DNA of 42,846 nt from Candidatus Eiseniibacteriota bacterium (GTDB taxonomy: Bacteria > Eisenbacteria > RBG-16-71-46), in contig DAIUEO010000007.1 of assembly GCA_036845125.1 (NCBI GenBank), positions 1 through 42,846 on the forward strand, in the 5' to 3' direction. Position 1 is the stretch's first letter, and each line of letters opens with the position of its first letter. The position numbers were made by a program, and so were the translations under genes. Below, piece after piece: positions 25,439 through 33,775 of the stretch. A model generated the notes under the pieces. The model ran no database searches, was not told the DNA's origin, and saw only the letters and a list, made by a program, of their open reading frames with translations.

Positions 25439-25945
25439 TCACTTCGCGGCGGCGGCCGACAGGATCGGCGTCACACGAACGCGGGCCTTCACGGTCTTTT
25501 CCTGCTCCGGACCGAGCGTGCCGAGAGACCAGCGCAGGTAGCGGTACTCGGAGAGCGGGACGTCGCGCGTCACTTCGCGACCGTCGGCGAGCCGCACCTT
25601 CCGCCGGAGCGGCATCGGCGCGTAGCTCGAGCCGTCGAGACTCGCCATCGGACCCGCCGGGGCGGCCGTGCTGGCCACCAGCTCGGTGCCCGCGGGGATC
25701 GGCAGCGTGGCGAGCAGCTTCTCGACGCCCTTCGCGCCCTGGTTCGTGTAGACGGCGCGGTACTCGACGAGCTGGCCGGGCTTGATCTCCTCGGCCGGCG
25801 CCAGCACCTCGATCCCGCGGTCGTTCTTCTGCACGCGGTGAGCGGTGAGCTGGATCTGGACCTCTGCGTGCGCCGCGACGACACCCGCGATGGTCAGCAG
25901 TAGGGCCATGACCGCGCCAAGACGGCGAGGTGGGGTCAGACGCAT
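25439..25945 (-). CDS. Small secreted single-domain DUF11-like beta-sandwich protein, 168 aa
   Basis: ATG 25945 is preceded by a strong AAGGAG. Signal peptide MRLTPPRRLGAVMALLLTIAGVVAAHA. The pattern …IKPGQLVEYRAVYTNQGAKGVEKLLATLPIPAGTELV…WSLGTLGPEQEKTVKARVRV is DUF11-like. The longer track ORF adds an Arg-rich extension that I reject. Confidence 0.75.
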   Translation of the reverse strand: MRLTPPRRLGAVMALLLTIAGVVAAHAEVQIQLTAHRVQKNDRGIEVLAPAEEIKPGQLVEYRAVYTNQGAKGVEKLLATLPIPAGTELVASTAAPAGPMASLDGSSYAPMPLRRKVRLADGREVTRDVPLSEYRYLRWSLGTLGPEQEKTVKARVRVTPILSAAAAK

Positions 25946-26052
25946 CGCTGGTCTCCTTCGTTGTGTCCCTGGTCGCTTACGTCGGCGTCGCCGGGACGAC
26001 AGCGGCACCACGCGTGAGGGGCGAAACGCAATGCGCTGCGCCAAATGACCGT

Positions 26053-26077
26053 GCCTGCCTCGATCCTTCGGGCAGGC
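26053..26077 (-). terminator. Hairpin GCCTGCC-N11-GGCAGGC between the beta-helix gene and the DUF11 operon
   Basis: It has a perfect 7-bp GC-rich stem. It lies 137 nt after the stop at 26214 and 108 nt before ATG 25945. No U-tract follows on the minus strand, so its role as terminator or attenuator is tentative. Confidence 0.3.
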
Positions 26078-26213
26078 TTCCTCGACGCGGGTTATCGGAA
26101 GAGAGGGCGGGGGGATTTAGCCCGGTTTACGGGCAGGGGAAGCGGGGGGCGTTTCGGGGGAAATGGCGCGGCAGGGCGCCGCGCCGGTTCGAATTCGGGA
26201 CTCCAGGCTGAGG

Positions 26214-27773
26214 TCAGCCTCCGATGAGCACGATCCGCTGGGTCTCCCGCAGGGGTCCGGCTTCCAGGCGCAGGAGATAGACGCCTGGAACGACGCGATC
26301 GCCCTGCTGGTTCAAGCCGTCCCACGTGCGCCGGTGGCGGCCGGTATCGAGGGTCTCATCGGCCAGCACCCGCACGCGCCGGCCGGCGGCATCGAACACT
26401 TCGAGCCGGACGGGCGAGCGCGAGGCCAGCTCGAAGCGAACCGCCGTCCGCTCCGCAGCGGGGTTGGGCTCGGGAGCGAACAGGACCGTGCGCGTGGGAG
26501 CCAGGAGCTGCTCATTGCCGGGAGCGACGTCGACCACCGCGGTGACCACCAGGGTGAGGGACGTGTCGTCGTAGATGGGGGCGAACTGCGGCATGGTGTA
26601 CGGGTTCCCCGGCACCACCACGATGCGCTGGAAGGTCGCGTTGCGTGAGCCGAACGACAGGACGTGGAACTGGTCGCCCACGTTCGGCGTGTACGGGCCG
26701 ATCATCACGACCCGCAGCGTGTCCCTCATCTTGAAGTTGCCGGTGACGACCAGGCGGTCGTGCTCGGTCACCGGGTGGATTCCCGCGATCTCGATCTCGA
26801 TGGCGCCGTTCACCTGCTGATTGAGGGCGCCCTCCACCACCAGCCGCCCGGGCGAAGCGCCGGGCTCGATCCTCCCCCGGTTCACCAGAGCGCTGGCCGG
26901 GAGCATCGCGGTCTCGCTGCCGCGCAGCACGCCACCGGGCGAGACGTGGAACGGGAACCCCGTGACCAGGACGACGTTGTTGAGGAGATCGAACGTGCCT
27001 TCGACGAGAATGGATGCGTCGATCGGAATGAGGGCCTCGGTGACACGGGTCACACCGCTGGCCACGAGCAGAGGCACGCCGTAGGTCCCGGCGTTCAGCT
27101 GCAGCTCGCTCGCGCCCTGTGTGCGGAGGGTGCCGGCGCCCGTCACCACGCCCGGCGCCAGGAAGGGTTCTCCCACGATGAGCTGGGCGCTCTCCAGGGT
27201 GAGCGTCAGGCCCACGTCGACGATCAGTTCGCCCATCACACGCACCACGAAGGGTCCACCCGCCGACGGACCCAGCGTGATGTCGTTGGACGGCACCAGG
27301 ACCGAGGCCGCGTCGACGAAGATCCCGAGTCCGGTCCACGCCCCCGCACCGCTCACGTTCTGAAATCCGGTGCCGGCGAACTCCACCGCGGGAAGCGAAA
27401 TCGTTCCATGGTTCGCGAGCGAGGTGCCGGCATACACCAGCCGCGTGGTGAACGGGCCCGTCCCGCTCACGGTGCCCTTGTTGGTCAGATCCGCATCGAC
27501 CTGCAGCGTGATGCCGGTTCCTACCCGCAGATCCGCACCCTCGTCGACGATCAGGTCCCGGATTTCTGTGTTCGCCGTCACCACGACGGGCTGGAACCCC
27601 AGGTTGAAGACGATGGCCTGGTCGCCGACCTTCGGCACCCCGGCGGGATCCCAGTTGGAGGGCTCGTGCCAGTCGTCACTGGTGCCGCCCACCCACTTGA
27701 GCGTGGCGGCGGTCGCGAATCCGGGGAGGAGAAGCAGCGCAAGGAGGACGGGTAGGGCTCGAGCAAAGGGCAT
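26214..27773 (-). CDS. Secreted beta-helix/autotransporter-repeat-like protein with a T9SS/FlgD-Ig-like C-terminal domain, 519 aa
   Basis: ATG 27773. Signal peptide MPFARALPVLLALLLLPGFATA. TLKWVGGTSDDWHEPSNWDP is a PATR-like opener. The C-terminus …AVRFELASRSPVRLEVFDAAGRRVRVLADETLDTGRHRRTWDGLNQQGDRVVPGVYLLRLEAG… matches the usual C-terminal sorting-domain pattern. Confidence 0.85.
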   Translation of the reverse strand: MPFARALPVLLALLLLPGFATAATLKWVGGTSDDWHEPSNWDPAGVPKVGDQAIVFNLGFQPVVVTANTEIRDLIVDEGADLRVGTGITLQVDADLTNKGTVSGTGPFTTRLVYAGTSLANHGTISLPAVEFAGTGFQNVSGAGAWTGLGIFVDAASVLVPSNDITLGPSAGGPFVVRVMGELIVDVGLTLTLESAQLIVGEPFLAPGVVTGAGTLRTQGASELQLNAGTYGVPLLVASGVTRVTEALIPIDASILVEGTFDLLNNVVLVTGFPFHVSPGGVLRGSETAMLPASALVNRGRIEPGASPGRLVVEGALNQQVNGAIEIEIAGIHPVTEHDRLVVTGNFKMRDTLRVVMIGPYTPNVGDQFHVLSFGSRNATFQRIVVVPGNPYTMPQFAPIYDDTSLTLVVTAVVDVAPGNEQLLAPTRTVLFAPEPNPAAERTAVRFELASRSPVRLEVFDAAGRRVRVLADETLDTGRHRRTWDGLNQQGDRVVPGVYLLRLEAGPLRETQRIVLIGG

Positions 27774-27872
27774 GGTGGCGGACCTCGGAGGAGGGAATCG
27801 TGCTTGGGACGATTCGAGAGCATCCATGGTACGCGCCGGCAACGGGGGCGCGAAGGGTTTTCTAGGCTGAAA

Positions 27873-29165
27873 TCACTGCAGCAAAAAGAGTCCCCAGGCC
27901 ATCAGCGCCGAAACCGCGAGCGTCCGATGCACGCTCCAGCGGAGCCGGAGCAGCAGGATCGCGCACACGACTGCGAGCACCACGGCGCGCAGGTCGAACG
28001 TCGCGGGATCGGGCAATGTCCAGCGCAGGATCCCCGCGCGGCCTTCGCGCGTGGCCGCGAACAGCACGTGCACCGCGAACCAGAACCCGAGGCTCGCGAT
28101 GACGCCGACCACGGCGGCCGTGATCCCCTCGAGGGCACCCCGCAGCCGCGGCTCGGAGGCCAGCCGCTCCACGTGCGGCGCGCCCGCGAAGATCCAGAGG
28201 AAGCACGGTATAAAGGTGGACCACAGCGCCACGGCAGCGGCGGCGAACCCGATCCCGAGCCCCTGGAGCGGATGTGCATTGGTCCCCGCCACGAAGGCGA
28301 CGAACAGGTTGACGAGGATCAGTGGCCCCGGCGTGGTCTCGGCGAGACCGAGTGCATCCACCATCTGTCGCGCGTTCAGCCAGCCGTGGCGGACGACGAC
28401 GTCCTGCGCCATGTAGGCGAGCACCGCGTAGGCGCCCCCGAAGGTGACGACCGCGAGCTTCGAGAAGAACGCGCCGAGCCGCACCAGGATGTGATCGGGG
28501 CCAAGCCATCCCCGCAACGCCAGCAGAGGACCGAACCAGGCCACGCCCCATGCGAGAATCGCGGTGACCGAAGCTCTCCACGAGCCTCCGGAAGGGCGGG
28601 GCCCGTCATCGGGAGCGCGACTCCGGTTGGCCATCGCGCCGATCGCTCCGGCGCCGATCACCACCGCCGGGAACGGCAGCGCGGTCGCCGACAGGGCGAC
28701 GAAGGCGGCCGCCGCCAGAACGCGATGCCAGGTCTGCCGGAGCGCACGGTGCGAGAGCCGGACGACCGCCTGCAGCACGAGCACCAGCACGGCGGCCTTG
28801 ATGCCGAGGAACGCCGCGGCCAGCGCGGGCAGATGCCCGAACGCGACGTAGAGCGCGGCGAGTGCCGAGATCACGACCGCGCCCGGCATCACGAACCAGA
28901 GCCCGGCACTGAGCCCGCCCGCGACGCCGCCCAGGCGCCACCCCGCATAGGTCGCGAGCTGCATGGCCTCGGGCCCCGGCAGCAGCATGCAGAAGCCGAG
29001 CGCGCGGGTGAACTGGGACTCGTCGAGCCAGCGCCGCTCCTCGACCAGCACGCGGTGCATGAGCGCGATCTGTGCCGCCGGTCCGCCGAACGACTGCAGC
29101 CCGATGCGCGCCCAGGTCCGCCAGGTCGCGGACGGCGAGGGCGGTGTTTCGCCCTCGCCGCTCAC
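27873..29165 (-). CDS. chrA: Chromate ion transporter ChrA, 430 aa
   Basis: …WARIGLQSFGGPAAQIALMHRVLVEERRWLDESQFTRALGFCMLLPGPEAMQLATYAGW… is one CHR half. The second is …VVTFGGAYAVLAYMAQDVVVRHGWLNARQMVDALGLAETTPGPL…. GTG 29165 was chosen as the first start after the upstream gene. Confidence 0.9.
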   Translation of the reverse strand: MSGEGETPPSPSATWRTWARIGLQSFGGPAAQIALMHRVLVEERRWLDESQFTRALGFCMLLPGPEAMQLATYAGWRLGGVAGGLSAGLWFVMPGAVVISALAALYVAFGHLPALAAAFLGIKAAVLVLVLQAVVRLSHRALRQTWHRVLAAAAFVALSATALPFPAVVIGAGAIGAMANRSRAPDDGPRPSGGSWRASVTAILAWGVAWFGPLLALRGWLGPDHILVRLGAFFSKLAVVTFGGAYAVLAYMAQDVVVRHGWLNARQMVDALGLAETTPGPLILVNLFVAFVAGTNAHPLQGLGIGFAAAAVALWSTFIPCFLWIFAGAPHVERLASEPRLRGALEGITAAVVGVIASLGFWFAVHVLFAATREGRAGILRWTLPDPATFDLRAVVLAVVCAILLLRLRWSVHRTLAVSALMAWGLFLLQ

Positions 29166-29188
29166 CTGGTGTTCAACCGCCGAAGCGG

Positions 29189-30007
29189 TCACGTCGTCGG
29201 CTTGGCTGCCGGCCAGTTGTGAGTCTCCTCGGTCGCGTCGCGGCACCAGCGGTACATCGCGTCGTAGAGACCCATCCCGGCTTCGAGCTGCGGAAGATCC
29301 TCGCGGTACATGCGCGAGAGACCCAGCGACACCGCGAGCAACCCGGCGCTCTCGGGCGCCAGGTCCGACCGTGCGGTGTCGGCGCCGCGCACGATGGTGG
29401 CGAGGCGCCGCAACGGCGGGTGGTCGAGTCCGAATTCGTCGAGCATGATGTCGAAGCTGCAGCGATCGCCACGATGGCTGAAGAACTCGCCCTCGACGTC
29501 GAACGGTGTCGCGCCGAAGCGCTGTCCGACCGCGACCACCTCGGACGCCGGCACGAACAGGAACATCGCCCCCGCGTCGACGAAGCGGCGGATCAGCCAC
29601 GGGCAGGCGATGCGGTCGACCTTGGGACGCGCGCGCGTCACCCAGCGGGTGCGGCCCTGCTCGTCGCGCGGCGGCACACGATCCGGCTTGACGAGCACCT
29701 CGCCGGCGTCGCGCCACGCGGCGTGGCCGCCTTCGAGCGACTCGGCCGAAACACCGGTGCCGCGCAGCCACGCGGCGACCCCGTGGCTGACCTTCTGGCC
29801 GCGCTCGCACACCACGACGGCCGCGCGGCCCGCGAACTGCGGCGCCCATTCGGCCACGGTGCGGTGGTCGCGGCGCACGGCGCACGGAATCGACCGTGGG
29901 TCTTCGGCGTGATGCTCCGCGGTCCGGACATCCACGACGGCGGGTGCTTCGGACGTGCCGACGAGACGCGAGAGCTGGGGGATGGAGATTTCGGAGAGAG
30001 ATGGCAT
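29189..30007 (-). CDS. Rhodanese-domain / ChrB C-terminal-domain fusion (sulfurtransferase/chromate-resistance protein type), 272 aa
   Basis: ATG 30007 is preceded by GGAGG. The rhodanese-like N-terminus is …VVDVRTAEHHAEDPRSIPCAVRRD…VVVCERGQKVSHGVAAWLR…. The ChrB-C-like half is …VTRARPKVDRIACPWLIRRFVD…FDIMLDEFGL…. Confidence 0.85.
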   Translation of the reverse strand: MPSLSEISIPQLSRLVGTSEAPAVVDVRTAEHHAEDPRSIPCAVRRDHRTVAEWAPQFAGRAAVVVCERGQKVSHGVAAWLRGTGVSAESLEGGHAAWRDAGEVLVKPDRVPPRDEQGRTRWVTRARPKVDRIACPWLIRRFVDAGAMFLFVPASEVVAVGQRFGATPFDVEGEFFSHRGDRCSFDIMLDEFGLDHPPLRRLATIVRGADTARSDLAPESAGLLAVSLGLSRMYREDLPQLEAGMGLYDAMYRWCRDATEETHNWPAAKPTT

Positions 30008-30255
30008 GACGTCCTCCAGGTGGGAATGGAACAGAGGACGCGATGTTTCGGCTGTCGCCTCACGAGGTACTCGCGAAGAACCCCTCGCCGCGAAGTATCG
30101 AGGGCCGATCTTCCGCGAGTCAAGCCCCATTTCGCCGGCAGGCCTTGGGGCCGCTGCCATTGAAAACGCGCCGGACCGCGACGTAGGCTGGGGTCCCCTT
30201 TCCGGAGGCGGACCTGAGCAAGCACGAAAAGACCTACGCCAGCGGCGCCATCGCG

Positions 30256-30861
30256 GTGCGCTTCGAGCCGCGGCGCTGTATCCATGCCGCCGAGTGCGTG
30301 TTCGGTCTCCAGGCCGTCTTCGATCCCGAGCGCCGCCCGTGGATCGACCCGCAGGCCGCAGCGGCCGACGCGATCGCCCGGGTCGTCGAGCGCTGTCCGA
30401 CCGGGGCGCTCCACCACGAGCGGAAGGACGGCGGACCCGCGGAGGAGCCGGACGAGTCGAACCGCGTCCGCGTCACCCGGAACGGCCCGCTCTACCTCCG
30501 CGGCCGGATCGAGGTGATCGGTGAGGATGCAACGGTCCTCGCTCGCGATGTGCGGCTCGCGCTCTGCCGCTGCGGGGCCTCCGCCAGCAAGCCCTACTGC
30601 GACAACAGCCATCGCGCGATCCGTTTCGTCGACCGCGGCGAAGTGTTCGAAGGTGGCGTGAAGGCGGACGCCGCCGGGGACGGCACGATGCGGGTGACGG
30701 TGGAGGCCGCCGGGCCTTATCGGGTGCGGGGCCGGCTCGAGGTGGAGAGCGCCGATGGCCGGGTGCGACTCGCCGGCGACAATGCCGCGCTCTGCCGGTG
30801 CGGTGCATCGCGCAACAAGCCGTTCTGCGACGGCAGCCACATCGAGCAGGACCTGGGCTGA
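30256..30861 (+). CDS. Fe-S protein: 4Fe-4S mono-cluster-like N-terminal domain plus two CDGSH motifs
   Basis: …RCIHAAECVFGL…VVERCPTGALHHE is followed by CRCGASASKPYCDNSH and CRCGASRNKPFCDGSH. The track start is GTG 30256. An in-frame CTG at 30214, 5 nt after GGAGG, would add LSKHEKTYASGAIA. Confidence 0.85.
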   Translation: MRFEPRRCIHAAECVFGLQAVFDPERRPWIDPQAAAADAIARVVERCPTGALHHERKDGGPAEEPDESNRVRVTRNGPLYLRGRIEVIGEDATVLARDVRLALCRCGASASKPYCDNSHRAIRFVDRGEVFEGGVKADAAGDGTMRVTVEAAGPYRVRGRLEVESADGRVRLAGDNAALCRCGASRNKPFCDGSHIEQDLG

Positions 30862-30868
30862 CGTTGCG

Positions 30869-32263
30869 ATGACCGGGCCCGGTTACCTCAGCACGGTGAG
30901 TGGCGCATACGCGCTTGCGTGCTGCTTGGTTGGCGTTTCCGCGGCCCCGACCGACGCCGCGCCGTATCGTGTCACCGGTACCGGCTACGTGACGACTTCC
31001 GGTCACATGATGCACCCGGGTTGGTTTTTCAAGTACCACCTCAACGCGAGCATCACCTTCGATCCGGTGCCGGGCGAAGCCGTCATCGTTCTCGAGTACG
31101 CAGGGACGGACACCTCGACGCAGCGCTCGACCAACCGGTATCACGTGCGCCGCGGGCGCATCTTCCAGGTGGACGACAAGGGCGCCGAGATCCTTCCCGG
31201 CTCGACTGGCGACGTCCATGGAGCCACGGTGGCCGCACTCCATCCCGCCCTGGTCCTCAACGCGATGCGCGAGCGTCCCGAGTGCGTTCGGCGCGTCGAC
31301 GACGGCCTGGTGTTCGCATGGAACGACGAGCTGTGGACGGTTAGCCGGGATCCCGCTGCGGCCGATCGCGTGGCCGGGTTGCGCTTCGAGCACGCGAGCT
31401 ACGTTTACGGCGACCAGGCGCAGGAGGTTCGTTACGAAGGCTGGCCCCGCGATTCGTCCGCGACCTCACCCGGGAGCGTCGTGGTGAACACGCTCGGCCG
31501 CGAAGTGCTGCGGATCGATTTCGCCACCAGCGAGAAGGCCGACAGCGTGGGCATCGCGGCGGGCGACCGGAAGCGCGATCGCCAGTGGGTTGCGCCGGTG
31601 TCGGAGATCGTGCCGCGCGAGATCGCGCCGCACGTCTTCTCGATCGATCTCGTGTCCCTCAACATGCGGGTCTTCGTCGCCGAGTTCAGCGACCACCTGA
31701 TGGTGTTCGAGGGCGCCTGGGATTCGCGGAACTCCGACCCGATTGTCACGCGCCTTCACGAGCACTTCAGGAAGCCGGTGCGCTACTACGCCTTCAGCCA
31801 CATCCACAGCCAGTACGTCGCTGGGACGAGAAGCTATGTCCACGAAGGAGCCACTGTGCTCGTCCCGCCGACCACGGCGCCCCTGATGGAGACCATGGTC
31901 CAGGAAGGTCGCCGGCTGCGCCCCGACGCGCTCGCTGCCGAGCCGCGGGCGCTGCGCATGGAATCCGTGTCCAAGCGGCGCACGCTGAAGGACCGGATGA
32001 ACACCGCGGAGGTCTACAACGTCGAGTCCGATCACACGGACGAGTATTTGATCGTCTACTTCCCTCGGCAGAAGGTGCTGCTCACTGGCGACCTCCTCTT
32101 CTATTACCCCGGGAAGCCGCTCTCCGGCCGCTCGAGGAAGCTGTGCGAAACGGTGCGCAAGCTCGGACTCGACGTCGAAACCTATGTCCCGACATGGCCC
32201 TTGGACGGCTATGGCACCAAGAACGTGGTGACCCGCGAGGAGATGCGAACCGCCTGCCCTTGA
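30869..32263 (+). CDS. Exported hypothetical protein, possibly a degenerate MBL fold, 464 aa
   Basis: ATG 30869 (MTGPGYLSTVSGAYALACCLVGVSAAP). YYAFSHIHSQYVAG resembles a degraded HxHxDH region, and …LLTGDLLFY… lies downstream. The function call is weak. Confidence 0.6.
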   Translation: MTGPGYLSTVSGAYALACCLVGVSAAPTDAAPYRVTGTGYVTTSGHMMHPGWFFKYHLNASITFDPVPGEAVIVLEYAGTDTSTQRSTNRYHVRRGRIFQVDDKGAEILPGSTGDVHGATVAALHPALVLNAMRERPECVRRVDDGLVFAWNDELWTVSRDPAAADRVAGLRFEHASYVYGDQAQEVRYEGWPRDSSATSPGSVVVNTLGREVLRIDFATSEKADSVGIAAGDRKRDRQWVAPVSEIVPREIAPHVFSIDLVSLNMRVFVAEFSDHLMVFEGAWDSRNSDPIVTRLHEHFRKPVRYYAFSHIHSQYVAGTRSYVHEGATVLVPPTTAPLMETMVQEGRRLRPDALAAEPRALRMESVSKRRTLKDRMNTAEVYNVESDHTDEYLIVYFPRQKVLLTGDLLFYYPGKPLSGRSRKLCETVRKLGLDVETYVPTWPLDGYGTKNVVTREEMRTACP

Positions 32264-32382
32264 GGGGTCGACACACCGGGCGTTGCACGGGGGTGGACCC
32301 TCCGGGGGCCGATCCTGTAGCCTTTGTCTCCGTTCGCTGGCTCGTGCTCCTGCGTTCGTCCGACCCTCCATGGGAGCACACT

Positions 32383-33750
32383 GTGTCCGACTCGACCCTT
32401 CCCCGGCATTCCGCGGCGATCCACCCGCACGACTCCAGCCCGCCGGACTCCCCTTCCGATTTCGGGCGTGAAGCAGATCAGCTCCTGCACGACCGGGAGC
32501 GCGAGAACGAGCTGCTGCGCCGGGAGCTGGAGTTCACCCGCGCCCAGCTGCAGCGCGCCGAGGCCGGCCTGCGCGAAGCCGACCGTCGCAAGGACGATTT
32601 CCTCGCGACCCTCGCGCACGGGCTGCGCAACCCGATCGCACCGATCCGGAACGCCATCGAGATCATGCGGCTCTCCGAGGACCCGCAGAACGTGGGCCTC
32701 GCGCGCGACGTGCTCGACCGCCAGGTCCGCCAGCTTTCGCGGATCGTCGACGATCTGATCGACGTGAACCGGATCGTGGAGCGGAAGATCGACCTGCGCC
32801 GGACCCGCATCGTCCTCGACACCATCATCGGCATGGCGGTCGAAGCGTCTCGGGTCTACATCGAGTCCTGCCGTCACCGGCTGGTGGTGTCGCTGCCGCC
32901 GCGGCCGGTCTACGTGAACGCCGATGCCGGGCGGCTCGCCCAGGCGCTCATCAACCTGCTCAACAACGCGGCGAAGTACATGAACCCGGGGGGCAGGATC
33001 TGGATCACGGCCGAGCGCGTGCGGCGCGACGGCGACCCGCTGAGCGCGCCGTCCGAGGTGCGCATTTCCGTTCGCGATATCGGCATTGGCGTCGACCCGA
33101 CGCTGCTCCCCCGCGTGTTCGATACGTTCGGCCAGAGCGGGGCGGGCCAGCCGCGCGGCGGACTCGGCACCGGGCTCACGCTCGCGCGCAGCCTGGTGGA
33201 GATGCACGGCGGCCGCATCGAGGCGCACAGCGCCGGACTCGGCCGCGGAAGCGAATTCGCCATCCATCTGCCGGCGGTGCCGCCGGTGCCGTCGGTGCTG
33301 CACGACGAGGCGGAGCTCGGGCCGCCGACCAGCGTGACGGTCGGCACCCGGCTGCGCGTGCTGGTGGTGGACGACAACGCCGACCAGGTGCGAAGCCTGA
33401 GCACGCTGCTCACGCTGCTGGGGCACGACGTGGATGTCGCCGCCGACGGTCCCACCGCGCTCGAAGCCGTGGAGCGCATCCGGCCGGACGTCGCCCTGAT
33501 CGACATCGGCCTCCCCGGGATGAGCGGCAACGAGGTCGCGCGCAGCATCCGTGAGCGCCCCGAGCTCGCAGGAGTGTTCCTGGTCGCCCAGACCGGATGG
33601 GGGCAGGAGTCCGACCGCGAGCAGTCCGAGCAGGCCGGCTTCGCGGAGCACATCGTGAAACCGGTGACGATGGAGGAGCTGCAGCGCATCCTGGCGCGCG
33701 CGGAGTCCCGCAAGCGCGACCGCCGGACGCCGGAGCGCCGGGACGTGTAA
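32383..33750 (+). CDS. Hybrid sensor histidine kinase (coiled coil, HisKA, HATPase_c, receiver), 455 aa
   Basis: GTG 32383 lies 6 nt after GGGAG. H box DDFLATLAHGLRNPIAPI. N box LLNNAAKYM. G boxes DIGIGV and GLGTGLTLA. Receiver RVLVVDDNADQ…DVALIDIGLPGMSG…VKP. Confidence 0.85.
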   Translation: MSDSTLPRHSAAIHPHDSSPPDSPSDFGREADQLLHDRERENELLRRELEFTRAQLQRAEAGLREADRRKDDFLATLAHGLRNPIAPIRNAIEIMRLSEDPQNVGLARDVLDRQVRQLSRIVDDLIDVNRIVERKIDLRRTRIVLDTIIGMAVEASRVYIESCRHRLVVSLPPRPVYVNADAGRLAQALINLLNNAAKYMNPGGRIWITAERVRRDGDPLSAPSEVRISVRDIGIGVDPTLLPRVFDTFGQSGAGQPRGGLGTGLTLARSLVEMHGGRIEAHSAGLGRGSEFAIHLPAVPPVPSVLHDEAELGPPTSVTVGTRLRVLVVDDNADQVRSLSTLLTLLGHDVDVAADGPTALEAVERIRPDVALIDIGLPGMSGNEVARSIRERPELAGVFLVAQTGWGQESDREQSEQAGFAEHIVKPVTMEELQRILARAESRKRDRRTPERRDV

Positions 33751-33775
33751 GACGAGGCCGGCATGAGGAGGCGAC

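Noticed and set aside
25946-26044. N-terminal extension of the 168-aa gene (TTG 26044), and similar long extensions on most minus-strand ORFs (for example 13015..18270, 17931..22916, 22744..25434, 27873..29885)
   Set aside because: The extensions are Arg/Pro-rich and lack signal peptides. They precede internal starts that have SD motifs, 4-nt overlaps with the upstream stop, or an immediately following signal peptide.
26027-26044. Sigma-54-like TTGGCGCAGCGCATTGCG on the minus strand before the DUF11 operon
   Set aside because: There are 8 nt between the TGGC and TTGC blocks instead of the canonical 7. Sigma-54 promoters tolerate spacing changes poorly, so I keep it only as a note.
25946-26213. 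Possible c-di-GMP or other riboswitch ahead of the adhesin operon
   Set aside because: I could not recognise any conserved riboswitch core by eye. This needs an Rfam scan before any claim.
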